From: Pseudomonadota bacterium
Lineage (GTDB): Bacteria > Pseudomonadota > Alphaproteobacteria > CACIAM-22H2
Assembly (NCBI GenBank): GCA_016201015.1
Contig: JACQDQ010000167.1
Span: 1 to 41,535 of the forward strand
Length of the DNA stretch: 41,535 bases
Direction: 5' to 3'
Shown here: in pieces, positions 37,119 through 41,535 of the stretch
Layout of the letters: the number at the start of each line of letters is the position of its first letter
Position numbering within the stretch: the stretch's first letter is position 1
Made by a program: the position numbers and the translations under genes
The notes under the pieces: generated by a model
What the model was told of the DNA's origin: nothing
The model's input: the letters and a program-made list of their open reading frames with translations, nothing else
The model's database searches: none

Positions 37119-37913
37119 CTACGCGTCCTTCGGCTCGACGTCGAGCCGCGCAACGATGCCCTGCAGCTCCGGCTTCGGCGCCGGATAGCGCGCCATCACC
37201 AGCGGGTCGTGGCCGGGGATGATATGGCGCGGCGAGGCGGCCAGCCGGCGCAGCGCGCCGAAGGCTTCGAGCGTGTCGCCCAGGTGATAGACGAAGGGGA
37301 AAGGCCGCCCCTGCTCCATGTTGGCGTAGTAGTGGCTGGCATCGGAGGCGAGAACCAGCCAGCCGCGCCGCGTCCACACGCGCGCCACTTGCAGGCCGGC
37401 GGTGTGGCCGCCGACCCAATGCAGGCTGAAACCGGGCGCGAGTTCCGCGGCGCCGTCATGGAACTGCACGCGGCCGCGAAACACTTCGCGCACCATGCCG
37501 GTCACATTGTCGACATCGAAGCCGCCGCGGAAATAGTCGTGGCACATGTGCCGCCCGGTGACGAAGGCCATCTCGCGGTCCTGCAGGTGAAACGTCGCCT
37601 GCGGGAACAGGTCGTGGTTGCCGACATGGTCGTAATGCATATGCGTGATCACCACGTCGGCGACGCCCTTGGCCTCGATGCCGAGACGGCTGAGCCCGTC
37701 GGTCGGACAGCGCAGGAATTCCCGCCGCCGCCGCGTCGCCGCTACCTGGTTGAAACCGGTGTCGACGATGAAGCTGCGTTGCGGGCCGACCACCGCCCAG
37801 ACGAAATAGTCCATCGACATCGGCCCGTCATGCGGGTCGGCGGCGATGAAATTCTCCTGCGGCCGGCGATCGACCCGCGCGTAGCGGACGGCGTAAACCT
37901 CGAACGGCTCCAT
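37119..37913 (-). CDS. Metallo-beta-lactamase-fold hydrolase (N-acyl homoserine lactonase family)
   Basis: 'VDTG', HxHxDH 'THMHYDH', 'GGHTAG', 'LASDASH', 'PGHDP'. Confidence 0.9.
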   Translation of the reverse strand: MEPFEVYAVRYARVDRRPQENFIAADPHDGPMSMDYFVWAVVGPQRSFIVDTGFNQVAATRRRREFLRCPTDGLSRLGIEAKGVADVVITHMHYDHVGNHDLFPQATFHLQDREMAFVTGRHMCHDYFRGGFDVDNVTGMVREVFRGRVQFHDGAAELAPGFSLHWVGGHTAGLQVARVWTRRGWLVLASDASHYYANMEQGRPFPFVYHLGDTLEAFGALRRLAASPRHIIPGHDPLVMARYPAPKPELQGIVARLDVEPKDA

Positions 37914-37957
37914 TCATATCCCCATTTCAGACAACGCTTGCGATGCACCAGGACATT

Positions 37958-38869
37958 CTACGGGCCAAGCGTCGTGCCGCTCGCCCGCTCGAGGAACTTG
38001 ACCACGGCGGTGTGATCTTCCGCTTCGCCGAGCGCCTGCGCCGCATCTCCCCAAATCTTCGCGCAGAGCTGAGTAAGCTGGCTGAAGGCGCCCGTCGTCT
38101 TGGCAAGGCGTTCGGCCGTGCGCAGATCCTTCGCCATCAAGCCCAACGAAAAGCCGGAGGCGAAGCCGCGCGACAGGATCTGCTGCTTGAACTTGTTCTC
38201 CGTACTGGTGTTGCGCCCGGTCGAGGCATTGAGCACGTCGACCATCGTCTCCGGTGCCAGCCCGAATTGCTTCCCGGCCAGCAGCGCCTCCGCCGCGATC
38301 CACAGGCCGGCGGCGGAGACCAGGTTGTTGAGCGCCTTCATCGCGTGACCCGAGCCGAGCGGGCCGGTGAGAAATACCTGCTTCGCCATCGTCGCGATGA
38401 GTGGGCGCGCGCGCTCGATGATTTCCGCGGTGCCGCCGATCATCGTCGCCAGCGAGGCGTCGGCGGCGCGCTTGACGCCGCCAGACACCGGCGCATCGAC
38501 GAGGTGCACATCTCGCTTGGCGAGGACCTCGCCCAGCGCGCGCGTGCCGACTGGGTCGGAAGAGCTCATGTCGATGACGATCGTGCCGGGGCGCAGGCGG
38601 TCGGCGAGACCGCCGCCGAGCAGAACCTCGCGCACAACATTGCCGTCTGGCAGCATGGTGATGACCGCGTCCAGCGCTGCGCCGTGGTCGTTGTAGGAGA
38701 GCGCGATCGTGCCGCGATGAGCCGCGAGGAATTTTCGCAACGTCTCCTCATAGTTGTCGGCGGCGTAGACACGATAGCCCGCCGCCACGAGATGCGGCGC
38801 CATCAGCCTGCCCATATTGCCGACGCCGATGAAACCGACCGCGGCCGGCGGCCGCAATGGTGAGCGCAC
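37958..38869 (-). CDS. NAD(P)-dependent beta-hydroxyacid dehydrogenase (3-hydroxyisobutyrate dehydrogenase family)
   Basis: 'GFIGVGNMG..MA', 'IDMSS', 'DAPVSGG', 'GSGHAMKALNN', 'FSLGLMAKDL'. Confidence 0.92.
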   Translation of the reverse strand: MRSPLRPPAAVGFIGVGNMGRLMAPHLVAAGYRVYAADNYEETLRKFLAAHRGTIALSYNDHGAALDAVITMLPDGNVVREVLLGGGLADRLRPGTIVIDMSSSDPVGTRALGEVLAKRDVHLVDAPVSGGVKRAADASLATMIGGTAEIIERARPLIATMAKQVFLTGPLGSGHAMKALNNLVSAAGLWIAAEALLAGKQFGLAPETMVDVLNASTGRNTSTENKFKQQILSRGFASGFSLGLMAKDLRTAERLAKTTGAFSQLTQLCAKIWGDAAQALGEAEDHTAVVKFLERASGTTLGP

Positions 38870-38931
38870 GATTCCCTCTCCTGCCCGTCGAAAAACCGAC
38901 GGGCAGTATACCGCGACCGACTCCCAGCGCC

Positions 38932-40014
38932 CTATTGCAACAACAGCTCGGCGATCTGCACCGCGTTGAGCGCCGCGCCCTTCAAGAGCTGATCGCCGGC
39001 GGCGAACATCGCGATGGACCTGCCGCTGGAATCGCTGAGGTCGGAGCGGATGCGGCCGACCAGAATGTCGTCCCTGCCGGTCGCATCCTTGGGCATCGGG
39101 AAGTAGTTGCGCTCGATGTCGTCGACGACTCGCACGCCGGGCGCCGTTTTCAATATTTCGCGAACCTCATCGGCGGCAATCGGACGCTCGCATTCGACAT
39201 TGAGGGCCACCGAGTGCGCCCGCAGCACCGGCACGCGGACGCAGGTCGCGGTCACTCGGATCGTCGGATCGCCGAAGATCTTCCGCGTCTCGTTCATCAC
39301 CTTCGTCTCCTCGTCGTTGTAGCCGGTGCGCGGATCGATCTTGGTGTTGTGGCTGAACAGATTGAAGGCGTAGGGGTGCGGCAGGATGCGGTTCCTGTAG
39401 ATACGGCCGTCGAGATAGGCGCGCGTCGATTCGCGCAGCTCTTCCATCGCCGCGGCGCCGGCGCCCGAGGCCGCCTGATAGGTGGAGACAATCAGGCGCC
39501 GGATCGGATTCAGCCGATGGATCGGCCATAGCGGCGTGATGGCGACGATCGCCGCGCAGTTCGGGTTGGCGATAATGCCGTTGTGCAGCCGGATCGCCTC
39601 GGGATTGATCTCCGGAATGACCAGCGGCACGTCGGGCTCCATGCGGAACGCCGAGGAATTGTCGATGACGACCGCGCCTTGGCGGACCGCGGCCGGAGCG
39701 AAGTGACGGGAGATGGCTCCGCCCGCAGAGAAAAAGGCGATATCGACGCCCTCGAAGCTGCGCTCAGTCAGCTCTTCGACCTCAACGCCGGCGCCGTTGA
39801 ACGGCAGCGACTTGCCGGCCGACCGGGCCGAGGCGAAGAGACGCAGTTTGGCGAGTGGGAAGCGCCGGTCGCTCAAGCATTGCAGCAATTCAACGCCGAC
39901 CGCGCCGGTGGCGCCGACCATGGCAACCACCGGCGACGCTAGTCGGCCGCCTAGCCGCGTGCCGCTTGCCGAATGCGGCGAAAGAACATCGACGGTCGAT
40001 TGAGTCGGGCACAT
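38932..40014 (-). CDS. asd: Aspartate-semialdehyde dehydrogenase
   Basis: 'GATGAVG', 'ASARSAGK', 'IDNSSAFRM', catalytic 'NPNC', 'STYQAASGAG', 'EETK..NETRKI', 'CVRVPV.RAHS', 'GDQLLKGAALNAVQIAE'; AAGGAG RBS. Confidence 0.95.
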   Translation of the reverse strand: MCPTQSTVDVLSPHSASGTRLGGRLASPVVAMVGATGAVGVELLQCLSDRRFPLAKLRLFASARSAGKSLPFNGAGVEVEELTERSFEGVDIAFFSAGGAISRHFAPAAVRQGAVVIDNSSAFRMEPDVPLVIPEINPEAIRLHNGIIANPNCAAIVAITPLWPIHRLNPIRRLIVSTYQAASGAGAAAMEELRESTRAYLDGRIYRNRILPHPYAFNLFSHNTKIDPRTGYNDEETKVMNETRKIFGDPTIRVTATCVRVPVLRAHSVALNVECERPIAADEVREILKTAPGVRVVDDIERNYFPMPKDATGRDDILVGRIRSDLSDSSGRSIAMFAAGDQLLKGAALNAVQIAELLLQ

Positions 40015-40051
40015 GTCTGTCTCCTTCGTTGAGCCGGAGAGACGAGAGCCC

Positions 40052-40089
40052 GAAACGACAAGGCCCCGTCCGGTGCCGGCGGGGCCTTG
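40052..40089 (-). terminator. Attenuator terminator hairpin (3:4) upstream of asd
   Basis: Perfect 10-bp stem CAAGGCCCCG/CGGGGCCTTG (40059-40068 with 40080-40089), followed on the minus strand by TCGTTTC; about 45 bp before the asd ATG. Confidence 0.75.
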
Positions 40090-40110
40090 AGGGTCGCTAT
40101 GTCGCTCGGA

Positions 40111-40185
40111 TCAGCGCACAAGCACCTCAGACACCCCGGCGGGGGTCTTCTTGGCGGCCGTGCGCTTGGTTGTCGAGCGAAGCAT
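40111..40185 (-). CDS. Putative Thr/Lys-rich attenuator leader peptide of asd (MLRSTTKRTAAKKTPAGVSEVLVR)
   Basis: ATG at 40185 to TGA at 40113-40111; 4 Thr and 3 Lys within codons 5-14; overlaps mutually exclusive hairpins. Below the ORF-track size cutoff. Confidence 0.72.
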   Translation of the reverse strand: MLRSTTKRTAAKKTPAGVSEVLVR

Positions 40186-40193
40186 GGAGCGAA

Positions 40194-40220
40194 ATTATCT
40201 CAGCCGATGCCGCCTGTAAA
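40194..40220 (-). promoter_or_regulatory. Candidate sigma70 promoter for the leader-asd transcript (near-leaderless leader ORF)
   Basis: TTTACA (40220-40215) and extended -10 TG-A-GATAAT (-10 hexamer 40199-40194), 8 nt before the leader ATG; no SD. The 15-nt spacer is short. Confidence 0.45.
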
Positions 40221-40253
40221 GCGGCGCTTCCGTCCGATACGATATGATCCCGC

Positions 40254-40985
40254 TCAAACGTCGATATCGACGACGATGGGGACATGGTCGCTCAAGCCGG
40301 AGCCGCACCAGTCCTCGAATGTGCCGAGGCTGAGGTCCCTCACCTTGCCGATCCAATGCTCGGGGAGGAAAACATAGTCGATGTGATAGGTCGGGCCGTC
40401 CTTCCTGCGGTCGCGCCAATAGAGTGTCGGGACGGTCTCCTTACCCTGTGCTTCGCCACGGATCCTATGATAGGCGCTGACCAGGCCGAGAGCTTCGAGC
40501 ATCTCGACCTTGCTCGCGTGGTTGATGCGCCATCCCGGCTTATCCCAGATGACGTTGCTGTTGAGGTCGCCGGCAACGATGGCCGGCCGCTCGGTGAGGA
40601 AAGCCCGGTATCTGTCGAGCGCCCGGCGCAACGGCCCGGCCTGACGTTTCCGGGTGGCGCCGGCGCTCGCGTTCTGCGCCCACACCGCGAGCAGGTTGCA
40701 CGCCGTCGGCCCGGAGATATGGACCGGCGCAATGTAACGAAGTTTTGGGTCGTAGAGCTCCGACAGGCGCGCGGCGTAGCCGTTGAAGGTGAAGACGGCT
40801 AGGCCCTTGTGCGGGTTCCGCCCGATCCACACTGGCTCACATTCCGTCCAGGCGGACTTTCGACGTGCCCGAAAGCGGCCCGGTTCGGCGCATTCGCAAA
40901 CGATGGCGATGTCCGGTGCGAGACCGAGCAGGACATCGATCTTGCGGTCCAGCGCCATGCCGCAGTTCCAGGCGACGATCCTCAT
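40254..40985 (-). CDS. Endonuclease/exonuclease/phosphatase (EEP) family protein
   Basis: 'RIVAWNC', 'PDIAIVCE', 'VAGDLNS', 'YHIDYVF', 'SDHVP'. Confidence 0.9.
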   Translation of the reverse strand: MRIVAWNCGMALDRKIDVLLGLAPDIAIVCECAEPGRFRARRKSAWTECEPVWIGRNPHKGLAVFTFNGYAARLSELYDPKLRYIAPVHISGPTACNLLAVWAQNASAGATRKRQAGPLRRALDRYRAFLTERPAIVAGDLNSNVIWDKPGWRINHASKVEMLEALGLVSAYHRIRGEAQGKETVPTLYWRDRRKDGPTYHIDYVFLPEHWIGKVRDLSLGTFEDWCGSGLSDHVPIVVDIDV

Positions 40986-41032
40986 CTGCCGATAGGCTCT
41001 CCCGGTATCCGACGGTCAGGGATCAGGCGATC

Positions 41033-41191
41033 CTAAAGGCGGCTGCTGAGCAGCTTGATGCCGGCAAAGGCGAAAAACGCGCCGAGCGTCGCCTGAATCC
41101 ACCGCCGCGCCTTCGAGTAGAGCCGCACCATCACCGCGGTCGAGAAGGCGACGGCATAGAGGCAGTGGATGATCATGGAGAGAATCGTCAT
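41033..41191 (-). pseudogene. 3' remnant of a LysE/RhtB-family translocator
   Basis: Manual translation MTILSMIIHCLYAVAFSTAVMVRLYSKARRWIQATLGAFFAFAGIKLLSSRL* resembles the last two helices of LysE-family exporters; there is no room for the ~150 N-terminal residues. Confidence 0.65.
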
Positions 41192-41264
41192 GTCGGCGGA
41201 AACTGGCATCCAGAGTGAGTGCTGTACTCTCGGCTTCTGGACTGCGGTCTTCGCCGGGGTGACG
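41186..41264. repeat. Degenerate REP/RPE-like palindromic element (GTCA...TCCAG / CTGGA...TGAC type)
   Basis: Termini CGTCA (41186) and TGACG (41264), inner TCCAGA/TCTGGA, and a GC hairpin in each arm (TGTCGGCGGAAACTGGCA; CTGCGGTCTTCGCCGGGG); architecture like the alphaproteobacterial GTCATCCCGGCGAAGGCCGGGATCCAG repeats. Confidence 0.6.
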
Positions 41265-41292
41265 ACATGGGTTAACGCGGTCGCGATCCGCT

Positions 41293-41535
41293 CTAGTCCG
41301 TCTTGACCGCCACCGGCCGGCCGGTTGCGCCGGTTTCGAGCAGCGCGTCGATCAGGCGATGGACGCGCAGCGCCTCGCGGCCGCTGGCCCGCGGCGCGCG
41401 CCGCTGTTCGATCGCGTCGACGAAATCGGCGATCACCCCGCGATGATAGTCGTGCGGGAACGCCATCGGATCGGCGCCGGTGCCGCCGGCGCTGCTGTCG
41501 GCCGCCATTTCCGTGACGCGGCCTTCGTGGTGGAA
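41293..41535 (-). CDS. Gfo/Idh/MocA-family oxidoreductase, C-terminal part (5' end beyond window)
   Basis: 'GGTGADPMAFPHDYHRGVIADFVDAIEQRRAPRASGREALRVHRLIDALL' is a typical C-terminus for this family. Confidence 0.8.
   Translation of the reverse strand, partial: FHHEGRVTEMAADSSAGGTGADPMAFPHDYHRGVIADFVDAIEQRRAPRASGREALRVHRLIDALLETGATGRPVAVKTD

Noticed and set aside
37119-37913. Quorum-quenching lactonase or beta-lactam resistance gene
   Set aside because: Only family-level HxHxDH evidence; no luxI/luxR context; sits among catabolic genes, so a metabolic lactonase is at least as likely.
40015-40253. Lysine riboswitch or T-box upstream of asd
   Set aside because: No recognisable L-box or T-box conserved motifs; the leader ORF and alternative hairpins explain the region better.
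40254-40985. EEP protein as part of a defence or retroelement system
   Set aside because: No reverse transcriptase, ATPase, methylase or other partner genes adjacent.

Overview
High-GC chromosomal window, probably Alphaproteobacteria (inferred from aapJQM, the REP-like palindrome and the overall gene content), packed with transport and catabolic genes. I found no rRNA, tRNA, CRISPR array, integrase or transposase. From left to right: a carbohydrate ABC transporter; a secreted FecR/DUF6600-like Pro-rich protein; a PhyH dioxygenase and a HisC-like aminotransferase; aapJQM without aapP; a ~13-16 kb minus-strand operon divergent from a LysR gene (nitroreductase, NitT/TauT ABC, hydantoinase/oxoprolinase A and B, two atypical M24-fold proteins, MmgE/PrpD, ThDP enzyme) carrying two apparent inactivating lesions; a Rieske oxygenase alpha/beta + MarR + Mo-hydroxylase (L, M, S-CoxG) module resembling pyridine-carboxylate (pic-type) catabolism; TauD; an AcpA-like phosphoesterase behind a Pho-box-like site; an MBL hydrolase; a beta-hydroxyacid dehydrogenase; asd; an EEP-family protein; a lysE remnant fused to a palindromic repeat; and a partial Gfo/Idh/MocA gene. 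The most striking unannotated element is a complete candidate ribosome-mediated transcription attenuator upstream of asd. It has a 24-codon Thr/Lys-rich leader peptide (MLRSTTKRTAAKKTPAGVSEVLVR) with alternative 1:2, 2:3 and 3:4 hairpins. All family calls come from motif recognition by eye, without database searches.
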